The notes: a model not told the origin generated them from the sequence alone. Shown: positions 13,305 through 27,709, numbered from the stretch's first letter. The stretch: DNA of 64,000 bases from Azolla caroliniana (GCA_043228905.1 JBHGNT010000004.1:11098001-11162000), one strand, 5' to 3'. A program made the numbers and translations.

Positions 13305-16300
13305 GCTATCTGGCTAAGCCGGTTGTCTAACGCCTCCGCACCTTCGTTTTTTCATGGTATCAGAGCGCGAGGGTTGAGAACCTCTGCAGTCGACATCAAC
13401 ATTTGAAGACAAACCCTAAGACCCGGTAAGAACAGAAAGAGAAGTGATGGACAGAGGAATGGCTAGCTCGCTCCCGGTGGAGAAGCTCGACAGATCCAAC
13501 TATGCGTCTTGGTCATACAAGATGCACTAGTCTGCTTGGGCATGGTTACTAGAGCTATGTCGACGGAGCTAACGACACAACACCTGATGTGGCACACAAG
13601 GACTTCCCAATGTGGGAACAAGCGGCAAGTAGAGTGATGTACTGCTTTGTGTCTAGTGTTGGAGACCAATTGCTGAGCCATGTCCGAGATGCCAAGACGC
13701 TAAAAGAAACTGGAAACTTGAAGAAGGTTTTCACAGCAAACACAACTGCCCGGAAGCTGCAACTCCGACAAGAGTTGTGCAATGTCCGATAGAAGGACAT
13801 GTCGGTAGCCGATTACACGGCTCGAATCAAAGAGATCTGTGACTCACTTGCCTTTATCAACGTCACTGTAGAGCAAGTTTGTTAGGTACGGTACGGATAC
13901 CATACATATTTAACGTATTAATACCCGTATAGTACTTCCCAATTTAAAAATACGTTAAATACGTTTTCTTAATATGTTAAATACTTATAAAATACGTATA
14001 GTACGTTAAATACTTCTAGAATTTGAAAATTATTTACCTTTCTAAAAAATATCTATAATATTGTAAAAAACATCTATGTTTACACATCTATGTACAATAT
14101 AGTTCTACATCCTAAAATGCATGTCAGACATTTGAATATTTCCCATCCTAAAATACTTGTAGTAATATGGATGTCGAGATTCCCTTATTCTATAAATCAG
14201 TGTAAGTGTGTATCACGATGTTCTACTTCAAATTGTAATTATTTACAATTATGCCTTCATAGATTGAGGTATCGTCTACGATTATCACACTCATGATAGG
14301 TTTCTCTTTTCTTCGTTTTCTTCTTCTTCTTCTTCTTCTTCTATCTTCTGCGATTATCACACTCAGGATAGGTTCATGTCTTCTTTTCTCTCTTCTTCTT
14401 CTTCTTCTTCTTCTTCTTCATCGTCGTCTCTTCTATTCTTCTTTCTTCCTTCCTTTGGCTTCTTTTTCACTAAAATCTTTTTTTTCTTTTGCTTTTTATT
14501 AGGGTTTTACTTACATTTTCTTTATAAATATGTATTTTTTTTTCTTATTTGTTTATACTACTTTAGTATTTTTTATCTTTGGCTCACCCGAAGGCTACAA
14601 CTCACATGAAGTCATGTTTTATTAGCAATACATAGTCCATCAAGGGGTGTGCCGAATGGTACGAGTGAGATACATGCACAGGATGACCTCTAGGATATGA
14701 TGAGACTCGCACCACGTTCCATCATGCAACTTGTAGACAGGCTACATTTTACCTTCTTCATCGTCGAAACCGTCACTATCTTCGTTGTCGTCACTTACGG
14801 GCACAAACCGCCCTTCACTGTCACCATTTGCATCGTTGCCACTATCTTCGTCGTCGTCACTTACGGGCACAAACCACCCTTTTTAGGTACCACATGTATG
14901 TTGGTGCGGGGAGATTCGAACCTCCAACCTAGCGGTTGGAGTACTTTATAAATACGTATTATACCTGTTTTTTTATAAATACATTAAATAATGTATTGGA
15001 CAAATATACATGATATTTGACTGAACAACATTGAGGTATAGTACGTACTATACAAATGATGAGGTACTATATGTATTTAAATGTTAAATATGGGTATGTA
15101 AACAACCATGCTGTAGAGGAAGATGAGATGGTGTAGATCTGTCTTGGGGGCCTAGCATCTAAGTTCAGAGCGTTCCGAACGGCGGTATGTACAAGGGAGA
15201 ATACACTGTCATTTTTCAACTTACAGTCGATGCTCCTTGTAGAGGAGAACCACACCGGTGTGTCAACTATTGCACCCACCGACAACCGGATGCTATACAA
15301 GGAGGCGGATCGGCCCCGTGGGCATGGTGGACGAGGCGGGTCGGCTCGCAATGGTAGCGGCTGGCAAGAGCAGAACCGAAGGCACAGAGAACGTGCCGAC
15401 AGTAGTTCCGGACCCTCCACAAGCATGGGGAATCAAGGCAGCGCCGGAGGCCGGCAAGCAATGGCCGACACGGAATGCTGGTACTATGGCAAAAAAGGCC
15501 ATAGGGAAAGCGAGTGTTGGAAGAAGCGCACCGATTCGGACAGATCCGGATCCGACAAGGCCGACAGAGAGAACCGGCAATACTCGCACTATGTAGAAGG
15601 ATCGACAGGATCCAAAACCGGAAAAGCCGGTAAAGGGCCAAGCTTGGTGATGAAACACGAGGCTAACTCGATGAAGAAGACCACTTTCAAATCGGAGGAA
15701 GTGTGGTACGTTGATTTTGGTGCGTCTAATCACATGAGCCACAAAGAGTGGTTCTCTTTCTTGGAGAAACAGGAACAACCAAGAGTCGTCGAAATCGGAG
15801 ACGACACTCCTCACCCAATCGTGCATGATAGAGAAGTCCCTTTGAGCCACATCGGACAGAGGGGGGAAGCTGATGAACGTACTACACGTTCCGACTATCA
15901 CGAAGAACCTGGTGTCAGTCGGTCAGATCGTTGACCAGGGGATGCAGGTGCGGTTTACGCACCTTGGGTGCTTCATCGAGGAAGAGGGCCAGATTATTGC
16001 GCAAGGGCGCAGAGATGGGAGGATGTTCATCCTCGACACCAATGATGTCGGCACCGCTTTGTTCGCCAAAGAACAGAAGATTGAATTGGATATTGATCTC
16101 TGGCACAAGCGGATCGGTCACGTCAATTACCAGAGGCTTCAAGACATGTAATTGAAACAAGTCGTTTTTGGTTTGACGAAATTTAGTGGCCTGAAGGCTG
16201 AAATTTGTGAAGCCTGCCAACTCGGGAAGCAACACCAGCTTCCATTCCCCACCGAACGAAACTGTAGCCATAACAAGCTCGACCTTATTCATTCGGATGT

Positions 16301-19300
16301 ATGGGAACTAAAACAGAACGTTAGTCTTGGCGGGAGTCGATACTTTGTCTCCTTCATTGACGACTACAGCCGGCACACATGGATCTACCTCATTGAGCGG
16401 AAGAGTGAAGTCTTCGAGTGTTTCCAAAACCTGCAAAGCCTGGTTGAACGGGAAACGGAGAGGAAGATCAAGTGCCTGTGGTCAGATGGCGGAAAAGAAT
16501 ATTTTTCCGGCCAATTCAACACTTATATGCAGCAAAAAGGAATTCGGAGAGAGTTCAGCTGTAGATACACACCGGAGCAAAACGATGTGGCTGAGAGGAA
16601 GAACCGATCGATTATCGATGCGGCAAGGGCGATGCTGGAGGGGGAGAGCATGCCCAAATTCTACCGGGCTGAGGCGGTCCGGACGGCCATCTATATCTAA
16701 AACCGGATCGGTGACAAGGTTTCCGTGCATGAGCTATATTTTGAGCGCAAGCCGAATTTGAGACACCTTCGGATATTCGGTAGCATTGCATATTTCATGT
16801 GCCGGATGAGAAGCGGAGGAAGTTGGATGCAAAGTTGGATAAATGCATCTTGATCGGTTACTCGCATGAGCAAAAGGGGTATAAGTGTTATAACCCCCGG
16901 ACGAAGCAGGTCCGAGTAAGCCGAGATGTTCAGTTTGATGAGACGACATCATGGTATACCTTACCGGCTCCGACTTCCGACCCCGATCCGATATCGGAGG
17001 ATGAGGCTAATGAGCCTGAACCGGTCCAGTTAGAAGACGAAGGGTTCAAGACTCTAGATGTGAGTCCGGAATCGTTTTGGTTGAGTGGGCTGAACGAGTG
17101 GTTGAGTCGGGATGACCAGTCGGATGAGGAACCGACGAGTAATAGAGACTCTGCCGTGCTCTCCCCGCGGAAGGAACTGAGGAGATGTTTCACGCGCAAA
17201 GAGAAGGGGAAGAGGAAGATGCCGGAATAAGAAACTGGATACGTTGAGTCGGATCGGATCGAATCCGACTTTGGAAAGGATGACGACGGATCTTCGGGAA
17301 CGAAGTCCGAACCGACTAAGAAGGGCCTCAAACCGGGTAACGATAGATTACGCCGGTCTTCCCGCAAGAAGAACCCCGTGAAGCGGTACGGGTAAAATGA
17401 TAACATGGTGCATCACTATGTGTACATGACCAAGGTGGTGGATGTGCGTGAGCCGGAGAGCTACGCAGAAGCGGCAAAGGACGCAAATTGGCGTGCCGCT
17501 ATGGGGGAAGAAATGCGGCCACTTGATGCCAACGACACATGGGACCTAGTTGACCCTCCCTAACACTATAAACCGATCGGATGTAAGTGGGTGTACAAGG
17601 TAAAGTACAATTGCCGATGGTTCGGTTAACCGGTACAAGGCCTGGTTAATGGCGAAGGGATACGCGTAGACCCACGGAATCGACTACGACGAGACCTTCG
17701 CTCCGGTAGCGAAGATGACGACGGTTTGTGTGGTGATGGCGGTTGCTGCGGCAAGGGGGTAGAATCTTCACTAGATGGACGTGAAGAATGCATTTCTTCA
17801 AGGCGATCTTGAAGAAGAGGTCTTTATGACCCAACCCCTGGTTTCCAGTCGGAGATGAACAAGTCGGTGGTATGTTGGCTAAAGAAGTCACTTTATGGCC
17901 TGAAGCAAGCCCCCCGAGGTTGGAATGCGAAGATCACGCACCAATTGCGTAAGATGGGGTTTGCAGCCTCCAAGTTTGACTCTTCGTTGTTCATCCGGCA
18001 AGGTCCGGACAGTTCGGTTTGCATCTTGCTGTATGGTGATGATCTAGTCATCACCGGACCCGGACTTGATGAAATCAGCCGAGTCAAGTCTCAGTTGTTG
18101 GATGCATTTGAGATGAAGGACCTGGGGGACCTTCACTATTTCCTTGGGATCGAGGTGATCCGAACCCCCGACGGCATATTGCTCTCACAAAGACACTATG
18201 TGTTGAATATGCTGTACAAGTTCGGTATGTTGGAATGCCGACCGATCTCCACACCCCTGGATCGGAACCAGAAGCTCCATCCCGACTCCAGACCGGCCTG
18301 CGATGAGAAGAGGTTCCGACAAATTATCGGAAGCCTTATATATTTGACAATCACTCGACCCGACATCAGTTCTCCGGTCGGCATGATCAACCAATATATG
18401 CAAAAGCTGACTGTGGAGCACCTTCTGTGCACGCATCAAATTTTGCAATATGTGAGTAGCACGAAGGACCGGGGACTGTTATACTAGCATGGTATAATCG
18501 AAGAGCTAATCGGCTACACCGATGCCGACTGGGCTGGCGATGCATCGAATCGCCGATCCACTTTCGGCTATATGTTTTCCAGTGGTAGCGCGGCTGTTGC
18601 ATGGAGCAACAAAAAGTAGCCAACAGTGGCCCTTTTGAGTACTAAGGCTGAATACCGAGGCGCTACCATTGCCACCTGTGAAGCCATTTGGCTTCGGCAA
18701 CTGCAGCAATACCTGCGGATCGAGGTGCCGACCCCGATCCTGATCTACTGCAACAACATAAGCAGCATGTAGCTTGCCAAGAACCCCGTATTCCATGCTC
18801 GCACAAAGCATATCGAAGTGCACTACCACTTTGTGCGTGAGCGTGTCCTGAGCAGCGAAGTTGAACTTCGGTATGTTCATACGGATCGACAAGTTGCCGA
18901 CATCTTCACCAAACCACTCGTATCGGACAAGTTGCAGCACTTCACCGAAATGCTTGGTGTTCAGCATCTCGACGTGCCACACTTGAGGGGGAGAACGAGC
19001 AAAGACACCGGAATGGGCAAAGACAATGAAATTGCCGATTGTGCTGGTAAGGGAAGAACCGACAAAGGGAGAAACAAGAAGAAGAAAGGAGCCGAGTCGA
19101 CAAAGGAAGTTGACACATCCGAACAAGTCATAACAAGTGGCAACGACGACAGAGTAAAGAAGGACAGAGCCGACCGGAAGAAGAAGGCCAAGACCCAAAC
19201 ATGGTCCAATGTGGTGAAGGGCCTGGAACCGGAAGACGAATCGGAAGCAACCGATTCAGACAAGAGCTGGAACGAATCGGAGATAACCGATTCGGTTGAA

Positions 19301-19947
19301 TAGACGGATTCGGAAGAACCGGATCAATTCAAGGCCAAGAGGATGAGAAGGCAGTGAAAGTTGACGCCAACACGAAGGAATCGGCGAATCGGCAAGCGCC
19401 AAAGTCACAACAGCGAGGTAGCTGAATTGGGCCTGTTGAGCAGACAAGCCAACCAAGGAGGTCGAGGTGCGCAGAATCAGAAGGGTCGCGGCAAACGGGA
19501 CCGGACCGGATGAGGAGCGCGAGCGAGGTGGTGTGATGCCAGAAGAAGCCGGGGGGAAGGACCGGCTACCATGGAGATTGACACTACGATCCGACCTCAA
19601 GTTGAGCCTGAGGGGAAGTGTTGAGCGGAAAGCTCAACCGGATCTGGATCGGCTGAATAAGCCTCAGCTGGAATGGTGAGCCAGTGAGCTGGGGAGCCGG
19701 TTAGCCGGATCCAATAGTAACCGGAAGCCTAGTAGCAGCCTAGACTACTAGGTAGTTAATGTCTCGTAGTTAGTGTTAGACGCTCATGTGAGCATTGAAG
19801 TACATTGTACTTCTGTCAGTCCTCTTAGGACTTGTATAAATAGTGATGTTGAGCACGTTGTATGTACAGAGTATTTTATAGAGGTTTTGATAATAGATTC
19901 ACGTTGTTCTGCTCTCTCTCTGTCTCTCCTGCGTACCTTCTATGTGT

Positions 19948-19997
<50 letters not shown>

Positions 19998-20044
19998 ATC
20001 TGGCTAAGCCGGTTGTCTAACGCTTCTGCACCTTCGTTTTTTCA
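12929..20044 (+). mobile_element. Full-length degenerate Ty1/copia element inserted in gag of H
   Basis: LTRs 12929-13354 (starts TA) and 19619-20044, each with (CT)n; TSD TACAC (12924-12928/20045-20049); PBS TGGTATCAGAGC at 13355; gag/PR/INT/RT/RH fragments 13446-19300 ([30 protein letters not shown]) with many stops. Confidence 0.96.
13874..15110. mobile_element. Non-autonomous hAT-like DNA transposon
   Basis: 8-bp TSD CTGTAGAG (13866-13873/15111-15118) interrupting copia gag (NVTV|EEDEMV); imperfect TIR CAAGTTTGTT vs CATGGTTGTT; AT-rich subterminal TACGT-like repeats; no transposase ORF. Confidence 0.85.
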
Positions 20045-21968
20045 TACACTGACTCCAACAAGTGCATTCGAATTGTGGCGTGGACAATTCGGTCTAGCTT
20101 CCGCCATTCATTCGGCTTGTATCCTTCTGGAGCATTTCCGGTGTCAATGGGGTCGATTTGTCCCTTGACTATCAGATAGTCTTGCATCTACCTACTCCTT
20201 CCAGAAGTTGAAGTTCGATTCGTCAAACTTACTTAGACTACTTTCTGATTGAGCTAGATGTGGATGCCATCTGTGTCAGCTTGTTAGACTTTGTTTGGAG
20301 TTGACTACAAACGGTGGTGGGAAGCAGCCAACTGGCTCACCCGATATTGTTCTAGTCGAATTTGAACATGAGTCGAATTGGCTTCCCAAGTTGGATAATC
20401 GAATCTTTCAATCTGATTCTGATGCCGATTTCGAGATGTTGATCATAGATTTTGTGCCGATTATCTAGGTCGATCCTGCTTCGGGTGACTGCAACGATGA
20501 GAGGATGGAGCCGACTGGTCCTCCCGAATGGCGTTCAACTGAATGAAGTACGGATTGGGGTTGTTCCTTGGAGCTGGATCTGCTTTGAGAGGTTACAACA
20601 AATGAGTAGATAGTGTCTAACCTGGTAAAGCATGATCGAGGCCGATTTGATAGAGATTCCACTTTGAGTGGTTGCAATCACAAAAGCAAGGTGTTGCCGG
20701 CTGACTTACCTTAAGAGTGATTTAGCTTGATAGAGTGCAAATCTTTAGTTTTCTTTCTCTTCTCAAGATGAGATCTTGAACTCGGGTTCTTCAAGTGAGA
20801 CGAAATAAGAATGTCGTTGAAGACTGGTGACGACTGGCAATGAGTTGAAGAACTTGCACTCTGATACCAAATGTTGTGAACTAAGGCCATCAGTGCGAAA
20901 CATCAACAACAATTTGAGATGAAGATCACCGAATGTACAAATGAAAGCAAGATCAAAGAACAAAATGAGAGAGAGAGGGAGAGATCAAGAGGCACACGAT
21001 GTAACGGTTTTTTATTCAGAAATGGTTATAATACAATGGAGGCAACAACTCTCTAACAATAGCAACAACTTTCCAAACTAGGTTACAAAGCCCATTATAT
21101 ACTAATTGGGCTAGGGCAATTGCCCTTTGACATATTTACAGAATTGTCCTAATTCTAGTTTGTCCAAGGGACGATGTGAATACGACCATTATATACTATC
21201 ACAAACGAGTAGACGAGGCTACGGACAAGTAGACAAGGATAAATACTAAGAGAGAGAGATAGAGAGAGCAAGAAAGAGAGAGAGGAAGTAGACAAGAGGG
21301 TGAGAATTGAAATATGCTTCCGTAACTGGTGTTGTTCACCTTGATTGTAATCAAGGTGCACCTGAGTATTTATACAAGAATGTGGAGATATGCGTGTAAG
21401 CTAGGAAACATGTTAAGAATTAGGTAATTAAGAATGGGTTAATTAGTACCTAATTATGTGATTAAGCTAAGTGGAAGATTATGTGATATGTGTGTGTATG
21501 TGTGTGAGAGGAAGAGAAGGAGAAGCACACTTCTGAACAACACAAAATGGGGGATGATTAACTATATTAAAAAGCATTATCAAATACAAAAATAGCCACA
21601 ATGAAGTATATAGAGATCTCATGTGCAATGGTGCACATGTGTGAGGAGAATATAGGTACAAGGGTGTAAGTCCTATTTAAATGAACTTGGAAGTGGAGGA
21701 TCTAGAATATCCCACTTAAGTACAAGGTCTTATTTAAGGCGTTATAGTCAACATTTCTAACTAGATTCTATCTAGGTAACTAAGAAGTTACATGGTTGAC
21801 TAACTAACTAAACTAAGTTGAGCTTGATCTCTTAACACGCCCCCTCAAGCTCAAGTGCGAGGCGTCCGACATCCCATCCGGTTTTGCTTTCGGTGTCGTC
21901 TGGCTTTCGATGTCAGCTTTTGTGCGGTTTTCGGCGTCGTTATTCTCGTGGCAGTTTTGGTCCCTCCA

Positions 21969-22426
21969 TGTTGAGAATCAAGCTCAACATAGCACAACGT
22001 GTGAACACACCTTTTGAGAATCTATGATTACTCAAAGGTCAAGAGTCACACCACTACTCTCTACACATTAACTATGTGTCATAGAATCATAGTCTATGAC
22101 ACATAACTAATGAGTTACATATTCCCCATGACTATGAGTCTTCACATTCCCCAAGAGAGAGAGTGGTTGTTGTAAGTTAATGAAGAGAGAGGGGGTGACT
22201 CTATATAAAGCACCCTCCTCATACTTCATACTAGGTCGGTTGTGACTCCTTGGAATGCTACATTTTCATTTATCATATTCTCCTTGTTAATATACATCTC
22301 CTTCTTCTTGAGTACTTCATTTTGTCTCTTATCCATCTTGTGTTTCTCTCCTCTCCTCTTTCCTCTCACACATACACATAACACACATCTCTTCCGCTAC
22401 ACAAGAATCACCATTGATTCTTTACA
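21969..22426 (+). mobile_element. Probable solo LTR of a family related to E4, opposite orientation
   Basis: Starts TGTTGAGAATCAAGCTCAAC (like the E4 U3 end), TATA at ~22202, ends TTTACA; flanks CTCCA/CTTCC match only 3/5. Confidence 0.6.
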
Positions 22427-25143
22427 CTTCCCCTCAAGCTTGTGACGAAGGCTTGGGTCGACTGCTTTCACCCATCGTGGGTCAGGAGCCACCCCTATAG
22501 AGCTCTTGGCCTCTTGTTTGGTTGCTATCTTCACCGCGAAGGCATAATGATGGGCCATGTACTCGTTGTAGCCGAGCCGAGTGACGAGATTCTTCTCTCT
22601 AGAAGAACGTCGAAGTTTTTCGCTCGCCGATGTGAGCACCTTCTTTACTCCGGGTGTCCACATGATGGTTACACCAAACTCACTATCTAGTAAGGGAGCC
22701 AACACATCAGAATCATTATCGTCTAGGTGATCGACTTCGTATTCGGGCATCTTACCCTTGCCTTTGTCCAAGGTCATACTTGGCCGCGACGTGCTTGGAA
22801 GGCTTGAAGGCTCAAGTGGGCTTGGGTTGTCTTGTGGTAGAGGACTTGTTTGAATATCGTCCTCTGAGTTGACGTTCAACTCTTCCTCGGTCGGGTCAAG
22901 TGGAGCCGAATCGGGCTTATACCATGATTCTGATTCGTTGAAGACTACATCCCGACTTATGTGAACCGCTCGGGTCGAGGGGTTGAAGCACTTGTATGCC
23001 TTCTTCTCAGACGAGTATCCTACGAGGATACATTTCTCCGACTTCGCATCACGCTTCTGTCGTTGTTCGTTCGGGATGCGTACATTCGCAATGCGTCCGA
23101 ATACTTTGAGGTGTGATAGTATCGACTTCCTTCCAACAAGGAGGTCATATGGAGTTAGCTCATGCACTCCATTAGTGGTGCACCGATTCATGAGATAGAC
23201 AGTCATGGATGCTGCTTCAGCCCAATAGAAGTTTGGCATGTGCTTCTCATGCATCATGGCGCATGCTACCTCGAGTATTTGCCGATTCTTCCTTAGGCAT
23301 CGGATGTGCCGACATATTTCTTTTTCGACTTGGCCCTTGAGATTTTGGAAGTGGGAGAGCACTTCGCTCTTCTTCTTCATCGGGAAGATCCACGTGTAGC
23401 GGGAGTAGTCGTTGATGAAGGTGACGTAGTATCGGCATCCACTGATCGTCGGCGTTTGAGCCGGTCCCCATACATCTGAATGTATGACATCAAGGAGGCC
23501 TTTGCTTGCGGAGCTCTCCTTCGGGAATGGGAGTCGATGTTTTTTGCTGAGTTGACATGCTTCGCATACTCGGTCAACTCGTTTCGACTCGAATGTCGGA
23601 AGTCTGGTGATGACTCCCTTTGTTTGCATAACTCGGAGCCGTTGGAGGTTGATGTGGCCGATTCTCTTGTGCCACAACTCAATGTTTGTTTCGGTTTTGA
23701 GACCTTTGTCGTACATGGTCGATTTCATCTCGTTCAAATCGAGGTTGAACATGCGACCGTCTCTCCGTCCCTTAGCTATGAGTCGGCCATCTTTCTCGAT
23801 GAAGCATCCTTCGTTGTTGAAACAAACTTGCATGCCTTGCTCCATGATTTGGCCGACCGAGAACAAATTCTTTGTTATTGTGGGCACGTGCAATACATTC
23901 TTGATGCAATTATTTTGGCCGTCGTTGCCGATGTGCCGAATCGGATGTCTAGTGTCGTCACCCGTCTCTATGACGTCGAGTCGATCGGGTGTGCGCAAAT
24001 CACTAAACCACTCTTCGTGGGATATCATGTGATGTGAAGCACCGGAATCGACGAACCACACGTCTTCCGAGTTAAGGGTGCTTGTGGAGTCGGAAGCCAT
24101 CATAGAGTTCGCTCTATGTCTCATTACGAATAGACCACTGTAGTCATCGTATTCAGAGTTGTTAGCGTAGTTTGTGAATTGTCAGCTTGTCGAAGCCGAC
24201 TCGCTTCTCTTTTTCTGACAGTCCTCTTCACGATGGCCAATTTTGCTGCAATAGGTGCAAGCAATGGGCCATGTTTGCCAACCTTGTTCGGCAAGGAAGC
24301 TCCCCCTTCTTCCGAAGGTTCCTTGATGGCTTCCGTCTTGTTGTCGAAGGTTTGAGTTCCCTTTGTGTGATGGGTCAAATCGACCTCTTCTACCGCCTCG
24401 ACCTCGTCCATGACCACGACCACCATCTGAATTCGAGGATATTTGACCTTCCGATGTCTTGGTTTTGGTTTGTACGTGCTTCAACAAATAACATTGATTG
24501 AAGGTTGAAGAACAAAGGAGGGTTTTCCCTCGCCAAGATTTCTGTCCTCAACGAGTCGAATCGTTGTGCGAGGCCGCCCAAGCATACTTGAACCATCTCG
24601 TCTTCATCGATGTTTATGTTGATGGAGTTAAGCGAGTCACAAATGCTCTTTATCTTGGCGGTGTAGTCCGACACGGACATATCTTCTTGATAAATGTTGT
24701 TCAACTCTTGTCGGAGTTGAGGCTTTCGGGCGGTCGTGTTGACGGTGAACATTTTCTTTAAGTTCGCCCACGCTTCTTTCGGCATCTTGGCATCTCGAAT
24801 GTGGCTAAGCATGTGGTCGTGGACACATGTTTCCAAGCAATACATGACTCGACTCACCACTTGCTCCCATGTTGCGTAGTCGGCATTCTTTGAGTCGGAT
24901 CGATTTTCTTGTGCGTTGTTGATGTAGCTCCAATATCGTTGGCCGACAAGGTATTGGTTCATCTTGTGCTCCCAAGATGAATAATTTCTCCAGTCTAGCT
25001 TTTCACTAGGGAGCGAGCTACCCATTTGTGTGTTCATGTTGATTGTAGTGTCTTCCATTTTTGCTTTCCTTCGGTCACGTACACATGCTATGTAGCGGCA
25101 CTACGGTAGCCGATAGCCAGATTTTGTCGTCGACGTCTTGAAC

Positions 25144-25996
25144 ACACAATCACGGAGTCGGGTGGGCTTAGTGGATTTTCTAAACCACACGCTCTGATCT
25201 GATACCATGTTAAGAATTAGGTAATTAACTATGGGTTAATTAGTGTAGAGAATCACGGAATATTGCTCGGCCACCACCGAGTCTTGAATCACAGAAATGG
25301 GAATAAAAGAAAGGAGTATGTTAGAAATGACACAGGATGTTTACGTGGAAAACCCTAATAGGTAAAAACCACGGGAGCCCATAGACTCCAAACTATCACT
25401 ATGATGAGAAGGGGTACAATCAAAGACTCGGAGGCAACGAACTCGAGCTCTGCTTCTTCGCCCAACGACGGTTACAATAGAGTATCACTCTGTATCTCTC
25501 TCTGACTCTCTCTTTTTTGCTCTCTATACAATAGTTACAACTACTCTTACAACAATATGACAATAACAACAACACAATCACGGAGTTAGGTGGGCTTAGT
25601 GGATTTTCTAAACCACACGCTCTAATACCATGTTAAGAATTAGGTAATTAACTACAGGTTAATTAGTGTAGAGAATCGCGGAATATTGCTCGGCCACCAC
25701 CGAGTCTTGAATCACAGAAATGGCAATAAAAGAAAGGAGTATGTCAGAAATGACACAGGATGTTTACGTGGAAAACCCTAATAGGTAAAAACCACGGGAG
25801 CCCATAGACTCCAAACTATCACTATGATGAGAAGGGGTACAATCAAAGACTCGAAGGCAACGAACTCGAGCTATGTTTCTTCGCCCAACGGCGGTTACAA
25901 TAGAGTATCACTCTGTATCTCTCTGTATCTCTCTCTTTTTTGCTCTCTATACAATAGTTACAACTACTCTTACAACAATATGACAATAACAACAAC
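25144..25996. repeat. ~428-bp tandem duplication of the E4/E5 insertion junction
   Basis: acacaatcacggag...PBS...tgttaagaat...attag|tgtagagaatc... occurs at 25144 and again at 25572. Confidence 0.92.
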
Positions 25997-26548
25997 ACTA
26001 CACAAAGTGATTGCCCTAAGTCATATTTATACTTATATGAACTTAGGTCTATTTACAAATATAGCCTTAATAGGCTTACTCAAGACATATTTACAAATAT
26101 GTCTTCTCTTCTGGTTCTCACCGGGTCTCCTCCGGCTCTCTTCCGGCTCTCACCGGCTCTTGTCCGGTTCTCACTGGGTCCTCTTCATTCATCACCAGAT
26201 CCCAACCGGAGGGACCGATTTCCCAACAATCTCCCCCTTAACTCCGGCATGGGATGTCTTGTCAGCCTAATCCGCTTTCGGCACACGTCCAGTTTGTCGG
26301 TTGTCAAGACCTTGGTCAGCATGTCCCGCCCGTTCTCCTCTGTGTGGATCTTCATCATCATGAACTCTTGATCTTCTACTCTCTCCCGGATCTAGTGGTA
26401 TCTTCGTTGGATATGTTTCGTCCGGGAATGGTAGGCCGCATTCTTTGCAAGGTGGATGACACTTTGACTATCGCAGTAGTGCCGGTATTCCTCTTGTTGG
26501 ATTCTTAGCTCTCCAATGAAGTCCTTCATCTAGATTAACTCCTTGCTG

Positions 26549-27048
26549 GCTTCTATAGCTGCCATGTACTCCGCCTCCGTGCTTGACAATGCAACCGTCT
26601 TCTGCAGCCTCGACTGCCAAGAAACAACTCCCCCTGCATAGGTCATGACATATCCGGATGTAGACCAGCTGGTATCCGCATCAACCGACACATCCGAATC
26701 TGTGAATTCGTCAAGTTGGGGATTACTGTAGCCGAACCGGAGACACATACTTGAAGTGCCTTTCATATACCAGAGTATCCACTTCACCGCGTTCCAATGC
26801 TTCTATAGCTGCCATGTACTCCGCCTCCGTGCTTGACAATGCAACCGTCTTCTGCAGCCTCGACTGCCAAGAAACAACTCCCCCTGCATAGGTCATGACA
26901 TATCCGGATGTAGACCAGCTGGTATCCGCATCAACCGACACATCCGAATCTGTGAATTCGTCAAGTTGGGGATTACTGTAGCCGAACCGGAGACACATAC
27001 TTGAAGTGCCTTTCATATACCAGAGTATCCACTTCACCGCGTTCCAAT
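26549..27048. repeat. 250-bp tandem duplication inside E5 RT/RNase H
   Basis: ttctatagct...gttccaatgc at 26551 and 26801, no differences seen; GCTT microhomology at the junction. Confidence 0.95.
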
Positions 27049-27709
27049 GCTTTTTGCCGGGATTGCTCATGAACCGGTTCATCACTCCGACTGCATATCC
27101 GATATCCGGCCGGGTACATACCATCATGTACATCAAGCTCTCGACGGAAAAATCATATGTTATCTTCATCGTATCCGTCTTCTCCACCTTTGTCCTTGGG
27201 CTTTGTTTCCTGGATAGCTTGCAGTTTGCAGGAAGTGTGGATCCGACCAGTTTCGCGTCTGACATGTTGAACCGTTGAAGCATCATTGTCACGCACTTCT
27301 CCTGTGACAGCCACAACAGCTTCTTTGACCGGTCCTGGATGATGTGCATTCCCAATACCTGTCTTGCCGGACCCAAGTCTTTCATTGAGAGGGTCCGGTT
27401 TAGAGCCTTCTCCATCCGAATCTTGTCTTAGTGTCGTCCGACGATCAACATATCATCCACATATAGGAGGAGTATCAGGAAGTCTCCTCCGTCAACTTTC
27501 TTCACAAACACGCAGTGATCAGCCTGCGTCTTGTGGTACCCTTGGTCAGTCATGAAGGAGTCAAACTTCTGGTACCATTGCCAGGGATCTTGCTTCAGTC
27601 CGTATAAGATCTTCTTTAGCCAGCACACCAGGTGCTCCTTCCCTTTCTTCTCAAATCCTTCAGGTTGATGCATGTAGATCTCCTCTTCGAGGTCACCATG
27701 GAGGAACGT

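Noticed and set aside
21175-21196. Solo LTR B starting at 21175 with mismatched TSDs (inter-element recombination)
   Set aside because: Homology with LTR 59667 shows H's LTR continues to 21196, and TATAC matches on both sides.
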